Positions 21,392 through 30,881 of a stretch of DNA of 42,087 bases are shown in pieces. The notes beneath the pieces were generated by a model. It had not been told where the DNA came from and did no database searches. It saw nothing but the letters and a program-made list of their open reading frames with translations. The position numbers and the translations under genes were made by a program. Numbering within the stretch: the stretch's first letter is position 1; every line of letters starts with the position of its first letter. This stretch comes from Methanotrichaceae archaeon (lineage in GTDB: Archaea > Halobacteriota > Methanosarcinia > Methanotrichales > Methanotrichaceae): the NCBI GenBank assembly GCA_963813075.1, contig CAWEXU010000014.1:1-42087 (forward strand), given 5' to 3'.

Positions 21392-23713
21392 ATGAAGAAT
21401 GTTCTGGCTATCACCATGGCCATCATGATCTCAGCCATTGTTTTGATGCCTGCTCTAGGTTACACTGGGGAGACGGATGCAAATCCGTCTTATTCAATAA
21501 CCACGACAGGAAATCAGTCTTATACTGCAGCCTCTACAGGAGGCCAATCTTATACCGCAACCTCGACCGGAAATCTTTCTCATACCCTGGGCTCTGCAGG
21601 AAGGACCGGCTATAGCTTCATGACCGGAGTTGCCGCTCATAATCTCACCAGCGATATGGTGAATACTGTTAATTCTGTAAACACTACATCTGTCCAGGGC
21701 ATGAGAATGCCTTATTCTATCAAGTATGGAGCTACTTCCAATTACTCGATCAAGCAGGGTTCCATCATACCATACTCGATCAAGCAGGCTTCCATTTTGC
21801 CATACTCGATCAAACAGGGATCTATTGCGCTATATTCCATCAAGCTGATGGATGTCAATAATACCATGCGAGACAGCTACCAGACTGTGAAGCTGGAGCC
21901 AAGAAAGCTCGGCAGTGTCGCCGGCAGAGAGACCGTTGCATTGGCCGCGGAAACTCCATCGGTTGCCGTAGCTGAGACTCCGGTGGTCCAGGAAGTAGCA
22001 GCGAATGAGACAGTTACCCTGAATGAGACTGTTGCATTAAATGAGACGTTTGTATTTAGCTGGATGAAGGTACCAGGAGCCGACGACGATCGACTTAAAG
22101 AGTATCTTGGGACGAGATATAATATCAATTGGATATACACAGCAGGAATTGTCAAGAGCCAAGACGGCAAGACCATTAACATATCCCAAGAGAATAAAAC
22201 TCTTTCACTTGCTCTGAATGACGAAGAATCAGAAGTGATGTTGAAGATCGATAACATTACAATTGATAAATTCATTGCGAAGATCGAGAATGGTGAGCTT
22301 GGCATATACAAAGAGACTGTTACACTGAACGAATCTGCAGTTGCAATTGAAGCTGCCCCCGTTGAAGCGGTTATGACTGAAACCGCGACCTGTGTAGAGG
22401 TTGTGACTGAAACCGCACCTGTGGAGGTTGCAACTGAAACCGCACCTGTGGAGGTTGTGACTGAAACCGCACCTGTGGAGGTTGCGACTGAAACCGCACC
22501 TGTGGAGGTTGTAACTGAAACCGCACCTGTAGAGGTTGTAACTGAAACCGCACCTGTGGAAGTTGTGACTGAAACCGCACCTGTGGAGGCCGAAACTGCT
22601 GAGGTGGCTCCAACTGAGGTCGTAGCAGCGGAGATGACATCGGTTGAAGAAGTAGCAGCACAAGCAGCTCCCATTGAAGCAGCAGCAACTGAGGCTGCAC
22701 CAATTGAGGCTGCAGCAACGGAGGTCGCACCAGTCGAGACAGCTGCACTGAATGAGACATTTGTGTTTAGCTGGGCGAAGGTACCTGGAGCCGATGACGA
22801 TCGACTTAAGAGGTATCTTGGAACGAGATATAATCTCGATTGGATATACACTGCAGGAATTGTCAAGAGCCAAGACGGCAAGATCATTAACATATCCCAG
22901 GTGGACGAAATTCTTTCACTTGCTCTGAACGATAAAGAATCAGAAGTACTATTAAAGATCAATAACAATACAACTGATAAATTCATCGCGAAGATGGAGA
23001 ATGGTGAACTTAACATATACAATGAGAGCGTAGCTCTGAACGAGACCGCAGTTGCAATTGAAGCTGTCCCCGTTGAAGCGGTTATGACAGAAGCCGTGGC
23101 TGTAACCACTGAGCCAGCAACAACGGAGGTTGTGACTGAAGCAGCACCTGCTGAAGAGGCAGCACCTGTTGTAGAAGCGGCACCTGTTGTGGAAGCCGCA
23201 CCTGTTGAAGAGGCAGCACCTGTTGTAGAAGCCGCACCTGTTGTAGAGGCCGCACCTGTTGTGGAAGCCGCACCTGTTGTAGAGGCCGCACCTGCTGAAG
23301 AGGCAGCACCTGTTGTAGAAGCCGCACCTGTTGAAGAAGCAACACCTGTTGTAGAGGCAGCTCCCGCTGCAGCAGCAACCAGTGCAGTCGCCACCGCAAA
23401 AGCCGGGCGGGGATATACCATTGAGGGCGTGGTCTTCGAGGATCTGAACGGAAACGGAGTCAAGAATGTAATCGAGGATGGACTGGCCAATTGGACCGTC
23501 AACCTTGAGCAGCCTGAAGGTGTAGTCGTCAAGAGCGTCAGTTCTGCAGCAGACGGCAAGTTCGTCTTCCTCAACCAGCTTCCGGGCACATATACCATCA
23601 AAGAGGTTCTGCAGCCTGGCTGGACTCTGGTCGCACCAGCTGAGGGCAAGCTTACGGTGGAGGTCATAAACGAGAGTGTGACACACCTGGGATTCGCCAA
23701 TAAGCTATCCTGA
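21392..23713 (+). CDS. Large secreted/cell-surface protein with Ala/Glu/Val/Pro/Thr repeats, a duplicated globular domain and a C-terminal SdrD-B/Cna-B-like domain
   Basis: aggaggt RBS before ATG 21392; signal peptide; many N-E-T/S sequons; C-terminal IEGVVFEDLNGNG...GLANWTVNL...PGTYTIKEV...GFAN. Confidence 0.85.
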   Translation: MKNVLAITMAIMISAIVLMPALGYTGETDANPSYSITTTGNQSYTAASTGGQSYTATSTGNLSHTLGSAGRTGYSFMTGVAAHNLTSDMVNTVNSVNTTSVQGMRMPYSIKYGATSNYSIKQGSIIPYSIKQASILPYSIKQGSIALYSIKLMDVNNTMRDSYQTVKLEPRKLGSVAGRETVALAAETPSVAVAETPVVQEVAANETVTLNETVALNETFVFSWMKVPGADDDRLKEYLGTRYNINWIYTAGIVKSQDGKTINISQENKTLSLALNDEESEVMLKIDNITIDKFIAKIENGELGIYKETVTLNESAVAIEAAPVEAVMTETATCVEVVTETAPVEVATETAPVEVVTETAPVEVATETAPVEVVTETAPVEVVTETAPVEVVTETAPVEAETAEVAPTEVVAAEMTSVEEVAAQAAPIEAAATEAAPIEAAATEVAPVETAALNETFVFSWAKVPGADDDRLKRYLGTRYNLDWIYTAGIVKSQDGKIINISQVDEILSLALNDKESEVLLKINNNTTDKFIAKMENGELNIYNESVALNETAVAIEAVPVEAVMTEAVAVTTEPATTEVVTEAAPAEEAAPVVEAAPVVEAAPVEEAAPVVEAAPVVEAAPVVEAAPVVEAAPAEEAAPVVEAAPVEEATPVVEAAPAAAATSAVATAKAGRGYTIEGVVFEDLNGNGVKNVIEDGLANWTVNLEQPEGVVVKSVSSAADGKFVFLNQLPGTYTIKEVLQPGWTLVAPAEGKLTVEVINESVTHLGFANKLS
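21710..21847 (+). repeat. 30-bp coding tandem repeat (YSIKQGSIxP), about 4.6 units
   Basis: Repeated tactcgatcaagcagg core. Confidence 0.8.
22034..23092 (+). repeat. 348-bp direct duplication (22034-22381 and 22745-23092)
   Basis: Both copies encode ALNETFVFSWxKVPGADDDRLKxYLGTRYN...ENGELxIY...PVEAVMTE. Confidence 0.92.
22397..22585 (+). repeat. 27-bp tandem repeat x7 (EVVTETAPV)
   Basis: gaggttgtgactgaaaccgcacctgtg units. Confidence 0.92.
23138..23371 (+). repeat. 18-bp tandem repeat x13 (EAAPVV)
   Basis: gaagccgcacctgttgta-type units. Confidence 0.92.
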
Positions 23714-23755
23714 GCAGCTTGAATCCGGGCAAAGGCCGCATCACCCAAAATCGGT

Positions 23756-23782
23756 GTCTGGGAGCTTCCCAGACCCTTTTTC
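23756..23782 (+). terminator. Hairpin + T tract after the surface-protein gene
   Basis: gtctggga-gct-tcccagac perfect 8-bp stem, then cctttttc. Confidence 0.65.
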
Positions 23783-23842
23783 AACCAAAAATCTTTCATA
23801 GATTGGGCGAGAGATAAAACCGCAAACTAGTGGGGGATAATT

Positions 23843-24307
23843 ATGAGATTAAACGTTGCACTGATATCTTTAGCGCTGCTCCTGATGATTTGGGAACCGG
23901 TGGCTTCAATAGGTATGAGCAGCTCCAGTGGCAGCAGCGGCTGCGTAGCGAGAAATGCAATTGAGGCCTACTGCGTCAACCATGGAGGATGCCCTAAAGA
24001 CGGGAACTGCTATTTCATGGATGGGAGCTATTGCGACCTGCAGTCGTTCTACAATGGAACCTGTCCGGGTAGAGCCTACTACGAGGACGCCATCTGGATG
24101 GCCGAAGCCTATGCCTTCCTCTATGGAGATTATAATCCTCAGGGACAGTATTATGTGCCCGGTGTTAGCTCTTCGTATTACAACTATCCCTATGCCTATA
24201 CGGGAAAGGAGGGCTCTTACTACTGGCCGGTGTATGCCCCAGGATACGGCACCGCATACGGCACCGCATATGGCACGGGATACGGCACAGGAAAGTATAC
24301 ATCTTAA
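23843..24307 (+). CDS. Small secreted Cys-containing protein (DUF333-like) with a Tyr/Gly-rich tail
   Basis: Signal peptide; YCVNHGG...C.FMDGSYCD...FYNGTC; YGTx x4 at 24245-24292. Confidence 0.7.
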   Translation: MRLNVALISLALLLMIWEPVASIGMSSSSGSSGCVARNAIEAYCVNHGGCPKDGNCYFMDGSYCDLQSFYNGTCPGRAYYEDAIWMAEAYAFLYGDYNPQGQYYVPGVSSSYYNYPYAYTGKEGSYYWPVYAPGYGTAYGTAYGTGYGTGKYTS

Positions 24308-24389
24308 AAGCCATTAACTTAAGAAAAGAAAGAAATCATGAGGCAGAACGCTGTGTCAGCCTCGGTCCATCATTTTTGGTCCCTTTTTT

Positions 24390-25058
24390 CTATTTCAATA
24401 TATCTTTTTTGAAGGTTTCAAAGCCGATCTCCTCGATGAAATCTCCCAGACGCTGTTTCTTGGCGTGATCCCGGTAATAGTTGACGATCTTATCTATGAG
24501 GGAGAAGACCTCATCATCAGACAGGTTCTCCGCCAGCAACACCCCCAGCCTCGGCCTGACCCCGCTGCTTCCACCGACCAACAATCTCCAGCCCTTGGCG
24601 GTGCCGATCAGCCCTATATCCTTTACTGCAGGCTCTGCACAGGAGTTGGCACACCCTGATACCCCCATCTTGAACTTCCAGGGAAGCTCCATTCCATGAT
24701 ACTTCTCGTCCAGCTTCAGGCCCACGCCCACAGCATCCTGCTGACCGCGCTTGCAGAATGTGGTTCCCGGACAGATCTTGATGCTGCGAACGCACAGGCC
24801 AATGGCCGCGCCAGTTTTCATCCCCAGGTCAGCCCAGGCATTATCGATATCCTTCTCGTCGATGCCCACAATGGCGATCCTCTGGGCGGATGTGATCTTC
24901 AAAGCCTTGGCATGATACTTCTCAGCCACATCAGCAATCCTTCGAAGGCCGGCGGGATCGATTATGCCGCCTGCTATATGCGGGGCTATGGCAAAGGTCT
25001 CTTTATCCCTTTGAACAATGGCCCCCTTTTCCAGAATGTCTTTGGACATGCTCAGCAA
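24390..25058 (-). CDS. Stand-alone nitrite/sulfite reductase-like protein (siroheme/4Fe-4S domain, Dsr-LP type)
   Basis: KITSAQRI, CPGTTFC, KFKMGVSGCANSCAEP, KDIG. Confidence 0.88.
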   Translation of the reverse strand: MLSMSKDILEKGAIVQRDKETFAIAPHIAGGIIDPAGLRRIADVAEKYHAKALKITSAQRIAIVGIDEKDIDNAWADLGMKTGAAIGLCVRSIKICPGTTFCKRGQQDAVGVGLKLDEKYHGMELPWKFKMGVSGCANSCAEPAVKDIGLIGTAKGWRLLVGGSSGVRPRLGVLLAENLSDDEVFSLIDKIVNYYRDHAKKQRLGDFIEEIGFETFKKDILK

Positions 25059-25287
25059 CTCCTATTATTTTGGATTAGATTGAAGTTCGGTTTGAATTTG
25101 TTCGCCAGGAACTGGCTGGGTTTGCCGGGCAAAAAAGCTTTCCTATTGAGTCCTGTTTAAAAGAGCTGTTTTCGCTTAAAGTTAAAGATCTGGGAAGAAT
25201 ATCCGGATTTTGAACTTCGGGATGGCTGAAGAGGAGCTCAATTTAACATTGAGTCTCAGTTCCTCTATCAGCATCTCTCTATTGACA

Positions 25288-25581
25288 TCATGCATGCGCC
25301 TTTGCCTGCAATGAGGCCCCGCTAGATCTGCTCTTGCGATGGCGCGAGCGTTTTCCCGCCAATCCATCGCTCTTAACCCACTCACCGGTCTCGTCGTCCT
25401 TTTCGTACTGCTCTTTTACGGCCGACCAGGCTGATTCGTGAGATGCCCTCTCGCGGGCTGTCTCATCTCCTATATCCAGCTCATCCCAGCAGCTATTGAA
25501 GGCTTTCATGTATATGGTTTTGGCCCGGCTGGGCAGATTTCGGACGCTCTTGGGCAGCTCGGTTAGGTTTGCGTATGGCAT
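25288..25581 (-). CDS. chaB: ChaB family protein
   Basis: MPY....LP.SVR.LP..A..IY..AFNS...AWSAVKEQYEK...W. Confidence 0.88.
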   Translation of the reverse strand: MPYANLTELPKSVRNLPSRAKTIYMKAFNSCWDELDIGDETARERASHESAWSAVKEQYEKDDETGEWVKSDGLAGKRSRHRKSRSSGASLQAKAHA

Positions 25582-25830
25582 CTAATACACCTCCTGTATG
25601 TGTTTAAGTCATGATAGCTTTCTATTACTAATAGCCTGGTTAAAAGGTTTTGGGCCGATCTGCTTTCCATATTGATTCAGACTAAAGAATATTTATTATC
25701 AATAAAAAAGTAGCACGGGCCGGATATAGATGCAGTCCGCATGGTGCAGCGGACGGCAGCAATCCAGCCGGTCAGAGTGCGAAAGCACGATTCATGTGCA
25801 CCCGTCTTTTCCGCCCTGAAATCCGTCCGC

Positions 25831-26686
25831 CTACTTTCTCATGGCCGCCTTGGCCTCATCCAGCTTTGCCATGGCCGCTGCCCGGTCGGCCTCTGCCTTT
25901 TCTTTGCGGGATTGTGCCGGATCTGATGCCGTCTGTGTCACGGCTGCAGTATCTTCAACCGCTGCTATCTGTGCCGGCTCTATGCTGGCGGAAGCATCCA
26001 CGCCTGGAGCCTCGTCCATTGAAGCTCTCTGGGGTGGCGGTGGCATTTGCAGAGATGGCCGCGGTCTCATTAATCGCAGTGACATCGGAGCAATAGCCAG
26101 GGGGAATGGGGGTTATGTTCTCGTCGACTGTTATGTTCATATAAACCAGAAAATTGAATAATGTATCCTCATCAAGGTTGCTGTCCATGACTATCAGTGC
26201 CGCTGTCTGGTTGTTGGGTTGGTAGGCAGCTAATATTGAAGGTCCCAGTGCTCCCCAAATGGCAGGCTTCTCGCCGATGAAAAGCTCGTTTTCGCTATAG
26301 TTTGCTAACAGTATGTTCTTATCAGCACTGGCGAGCAGGGATTTCAACTCCTCCGTGTCGAGCAAGCCCTCCGGACGCTGGCAGGGATATAATAGAAATA
26401 TATCGATTGCACTTTCATTCAGGAGGATGGATGTCTTAATGTCCTTTCCGCCGGGATAATTCAATGTCTCCTGCGCTACTGCCTTTGCTTCTGCAGCCGA
26501 TGGCACGATAGTGACAAACTCTGCATAGGTATTCACTTCGTCACCAATGGGCATTCTCAAGGGGATGAAATTCTCCTCTATATCCTCTTGGGCAGCGGCG
26601 GGATTCGCTGCCAGAAGGCCGAGCACAATGCATAGAGAGATCAGCAATCCTATACCTGCTGGCCAGCATGTTTTCGTAAACTTCAT
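25831..26686 (-). CDS. Hypothetical secreted protein; frameshift near 26020 joins ORFs 25955..26686 and 25831..26085
   Basis: Signal peptide; ggaggtgg RBS; Ala-rich tail ending in a charged helix in the second frame. Confidence 0.7.
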
Positions 26687-26980
26687 TCACTCCACCTCAT
26701 TGCTATTTCGATTATATACTTTCGACTACTCCGGGTTTATTTGTTTCGGTTTATAACTCTCTAACTATTTAGCGTTTTCCTAATTTATTTTGTAGAGTGC
26801 ATCCGTTCTTTCCGCCCCTGCCATCATCAATGATGAAGAGACTGCGATATGATAATATACCTGAAATCCAATATATGCAGATATTAAAATCATTGGTTGT
26901 GTGATCGAGGGAAGTGGAAAATATGGATCGCTTCCCTGGCGATCTTGAGGCGAAAAAACAAAAAGGAGAGGAGATAAGAT

Positions 26981-27448
26981 TTGAAATCAATTTCAAAGGC
27001 AGCCATTTTTGTCGCTGCACTGACGATCTTTGCCCTCAGCGCGACGGCATCGGTGGTCATAAATGAGATAGAATTGAACCCTCCAGAGGGTGGGGCAGAA
27101 TGGATCGAGCTTTACAACTCCGGGAACGATAGCGTCGACATCAGCGGCTGGACGGCCACCATCACCGATGGCAGCTGGAAAGGGGAGCTATCTGCTGCTC
27201 CTGCGGGGACGATTCTGCCTGCGGGCGGATTTTATGTACTGGACGGCCAGGAATCCTGGAACCACACTGACGGTGGATACGGCACCCTTTATGCGGCATC
27301 TGGTGAGGAGGTGGACAAGACCGCCCTCCGCCTGGATAGCCTGGGAAACGACTTCACCTTTGGCAGGCATCCAGATGGATTTGATACAAACACCGATGGC
27401 GATTGGGGCCTGGCTTCTGCTACCCGAGGTGCCTCCAATATTCGCTGA
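26981..27448 (+). CDS. Secreted lamin-tail-domain (LTD) protein
   Basis: VVINEIELNP...EWIELYN.G..SVDISGW...FGRHPDG.DT.....W....T.G..N. Confidence 0.85.
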   Translation: MKSISKAAIFVAALTIFALSATASVVINEIELNPPEGGAEWIELYNSGNDSVDISGWTATITDGSWKGELSAAPAGTILPAGGFYVLDGQESWNHTDGGYGTLYAASGEEVDKTALRLDSLGNDFTFGRHPDGFDTNTDGDWGLASATRGASNIR

Positions 27449-27506
27449 GTCTGCTGTGCCGATATGGAAAGATTAAGCATCAATCGGTTGCGAATGTGCT
27501 ATAAGA

Positions 27507-28028
27507 ATGTGCTATATTGAGGACATGGATATGAATATGAATAATATGGATATGATATCGAAAGGTGGTCATATAGCGATTCTGGCCTTTTTTTGCCTTA
27601 TGGCAGTCTCTGCGTCGGGGTTATGCAATGTGGTCATCAATGAGGTCGAATTGAGTGCGCCCCATAACGAATCTGTGTGGGTTGAACTTTACAATGCCGG
27701 AGAGGCTCCGGTGGACCTGACCGGCTGGGTTGTTGAGATAGAGGATGGGGCCTGGAAGGGCACCATAGCTCTCGATGGCATCATCGATCCTCTGGGGTTC
27801 AAGGTGGCAGAGGGCGAGGACACCTGGGTGACAACCGGTAACGGTACAGTCAATCTCTATGATGCCCTGGGAGAGGTGGTGGATCGGGCGTCTCCTCAGA
27901 ACGACCAGAGCCACACTTACTTCACCTATGGCCGGATCCCGGACGGTAAGAGGACGGGAACCAGTGCTGACTGGGCCCTCCTGAGGGGAAGCCGTGGCAT
28001 GTCCAACGGAATGGAGGTACAGGTATAG
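27507..28028 (+). CDS. Secreted lamin-tail-domain (LTD) protein, paralogue of the upstream gene; start uncertain
   Basis: VVINEVEL...WVELYNAG..PVDLTGW...DGAWKG...YGRIPDG...W. Confidence 0.82.
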   Translation: MCYIEDMDMNMNNMDMISKGGHIAILAFFCLMAVSASGLCNVVINEVELSAPHNESVWVELYNAGEAPVDLTGWVVEIEDGAWKGTIALDGIIDPLGFKVAEGEDTWVTTGNGTVNLYDALGEVVDRASPQNDQSHTYFTYGRIPDGKRTGTSADWALLRGSRGMSNGMEVQV

Positions 28029-28122
28029 GCCAAAGACTTGAAAGAAAGCTGTGGGGATGAGCCCGGCGAGCAAGTGAGATGCAGGCATCTCAATAATCCC
28101 CAACTTTTGCCGGATGAAGCCT

Positions 28123-28971
28123 TCAATCTATCTGCAGAGTATAGGCTACATCCCTCTTGAAGCTCTTTGTATGCTCGCTGGTGTTTATGATGTTCCCTTG
28201 AATGTCCCTTTGGGAGACGGCGATGGTGTGCGTCTTATCTGACCCGACGGTGAAGCTGGCAATGCCGTCTAGTGATCCGTCAGCTATATCGCTGCTGTAG
28301 AAGACCCCGTTCAGATAGACATCGTATCCTCTCATCCTCTCGCTTTTTATCGTCACCATCGCCTTTCCAATGGAGATGGATCCCACGTCCAATGGCGAGG
28401 TCGAAGCGGTATCGTTCACTGAAACCACGTCTAAAATTAGAGCATTGCCCGGCTCGTTCTTCTGAGAGGCTAATATGAAGTGCCGACCCTCCTCCTCCAC
28501 TGTAAGCCTGAGGAGATGATACCCTTCCAGCAGCTTGAAGCTCCAGTGATCTTTTGAGCCGCTGGCATAGGATAGGAGATAGATGTCCACATTGCCGTAT
28601 TCGGGCAAGTAGAGGATTATATCCACCTCCTCCCCTGGAGCGGCTTTGAGGTAGTGGCTCCATTGCATGTCCTTTCGGATCCACAGCTGGCAAGAGAATG
28701 GCAGGGGGTTATACTCTGAGAAGTTCAGAAGATGCGAGCCGATTTGCAGCAGTGCCGGCTCGCTTCCGCTCAGGTTGAAGGCCAGGGGATTGGATAGCAC
28801 CGTGGCTTTTTCTTCTCCTTCCTCTGCCTCGTCGCTCACCCAGGGGCTTTCTGTCCAGCTATGATTGGACTGGGGCAAGGCCTGGGCCGATGCTGCCAGG
28901 AGCAGGATCGCGGCCAGCAGCCTGATCGATTCTCGGAGGGGGATGGAAATTGGAAGAGGTAGGCATCTCAT
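28123..28971 (-). CDS. Hypothetical secreted protein
   Basis: 282-aa ORF with a signal-peptide-like N-terminus and beta-rich composition. Confidence 0.7.
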   Translation of the reverse strand: MRCLPLPISIPLRESIRLLAAILLLAASAQALPQSNHSWTESPWVSDEAEEGEEKATVLSNPLAFNLSGSEPALLQIGSHLLNFSEYNPLPFSCQLWIRKDMQWSHYLKAAPGEEVDIILYLPEYGNVDIYLLSYASGSKDHWSFKLLEGYHLLRLTVEEEGRHFILASQKNEPGNALILDVVSVNDTASTSPLDVGSISIGKAMVTIKSERMRGYDVYLNGVFYSSDIADGSLDGIASFTVGSDKTHTIAVSQRDIQGNIINTSEHTKSFKRDVAYTLQID

Positions 28972-29070
28972 AATAAAGAATCAGCCATCATTGCTTTAGA
29001 GCCTGCCGGCAGAACGGGGTAAAAAATAAGATCTCGGGCCCTGATTGGCCCGGAATCTGGCCTGTGGGCC

Positions 29071-30754
29071 TCACATGCTCTCCAGAGCGGATATGCCCAA
29101 TGTCTCCAGGGTGGTTCGCAGGGCATTTTTGGCCGCTCTGGCCAGAGCCAGCCTGGCTCTCCCGCAGCTCGGGAGAGGCATCCAGCACCGGGCTGAAGCG
29201 GTAGAAGAGGTTGAAGCCCTCCGCCAGCTCGCGGGCATATGTGGCCAGCTGGTGGGGCTTCAGCTCCCGCGCTGCTCTGTCGATGACCAGGTCAAACTCT
29301 GCGATCTTCTTGATCAGGGCGACCTCGTACTCGCTGGTCAGCAGATCGGCCTGGAACTCGCCATCAGAGCCCCCCTTGCGCAGGATGCTGCAGGCGCGGG
29401 CATGGGAGTACTGGATGAAGGGGGCGGACAGCTTCTCGAAGTCCAGGGCCTGCTTCCAGTCGAAGGTGGTGGCCTTGTCCGCGGATACTTTTACCACATC
29501 ATAGCGCACCGCTCCGCTGGCCACCTGGCGGGCAACCTCCTTTAAAAATTCCGGGCTCTCATCCGGCCTTCGGGCCCTGACCTCCTCCAAAGCCTGCTTT
29601 TCCACCTCGTCGAGTAGCTCGTCTGCGGAGATGAACTTGCCCTTGCGGGTGCTCATGGAGCCGGTAGGCAGGGATACGAACTCGAATATCACCACTTCCG
29701 GCTCCCGGACGCCCAAAAGGCCCAATGCAGTTCGTAGCTGTCCGGAGACCAGTTTATGGTCCGCTCCCAGGATGTCCACCGAGCGATCGGAGTTGGCCGA
29801 CTTCCAGCGGTGGTAGGCCAGGTCGCGGGTGATGTACAGCGATGTGCCATTGGCTCTTTTCAGGACCATCTTCTTCTCAAAGCCGTATTGGTTCAGGTCC
29901 AGTTGAAGGGATCCCTCCTCCCAGCCGACCAGGCCGGTCTTCTCCAGCCGTTCTACGATCTCGGCCACGCTGCCGTCCCGCACGAACTGTGACTCCCAGT
30001 GGTAGCTGTCGTGGCGGATGTTCATCCTCTGCAGGGTCTGTTCGATTCCGCCGATAGCATAGCGGACGGCCGCCTGGACCTTGGCGGTGATCTCCGAGTC
30101 GCCCGCCTCGTAGAGCTGGATCACCCGGTCCGCCTCCTCCCGGATGGCGGGATTGCTCTCCATCTCCTTGTTGGCGGCGATGTAGACCCGGGCGGTGGCA
30201 TGGTCCGGCTTGCTGCCGTCCAGCTGGAAGTGGTCCAGGCCCACCACCACCATCGCCTCCTGGCGGCCCATGTCGTTGACGTAGTATTGCGCGTCGACAG
30301 TGCAGCCCGCCCGGCGCAGTATTCTGACCAGGGTGTCGCCGATCACCGAGTTTCTGATATGGCCCACATGGAGCGGTCCGTCTGGATTGGCGGAGGTGTG
30401 CTCCACAATGACCTTCTCTGTCATGCGACCTGTCCAGGCGTTGTCTGCCAGAGCCTGGTCCAGGACGGCGTTCAGAAACGCCCGGTTCATGAAGAAGTTC
30501 AGGTAGGGGCCGGCAAGCTCTACCTTCTCTACGTAGCGGAATTCCTGGGGGATCGCCTGGTGGATCTCTTTCGCTATGGCTGCCGGATTCCTTTTCAGCA
30601 CCGGTGCCAGGCGGAAGGCTACGGACGAGGCCAGATCGGCCTGAGGGCACAGGTCAAGGCCCAGGCTGTTTATCCCCTCCTCCGGGGTATAGCCGCAGCG
30701 ATCGAGGGCGCTTTTCAGCAGGCCCTCGACCTCGCTCATAAAATCAAGAAACAT
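29071..30754 (-). CDS. argS: Arginine--tRNA ligase; frameshift near 29160
   Basis: EHTSANPDGPLHVGHIRN, MSTRKG, QYSHARACSIL. Corrected end ARLALARAAKNALRTTLETLGISALESM with stop at 29071-29073. Confidence 0.95.
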
Positions 30755-30881
30755 GGAAACACCATAATTGAATCTGAGTGCAGAGAAAGGATGAATCGAT
30801 ATAAGGGTTACGTTGTGAGCTTTTTGGTTCGGATCCCGTTCATTGTCTAAAGCTAAATAGTCCGGGGAAATAAGAGAATTT

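Noticed and set aside
22397..23371. Regular repeats as a possible CRISPR array
   Set aside because: They are in-frame coding tandem repeats without unique spacers, and no cas genes are present.
21877..23799. 640-aa minus-strand ORF and other long overlapping ORFs
   Set aside because: Antisense shadows of the repeat-rich surface-protein gene, with no independent domain signal.
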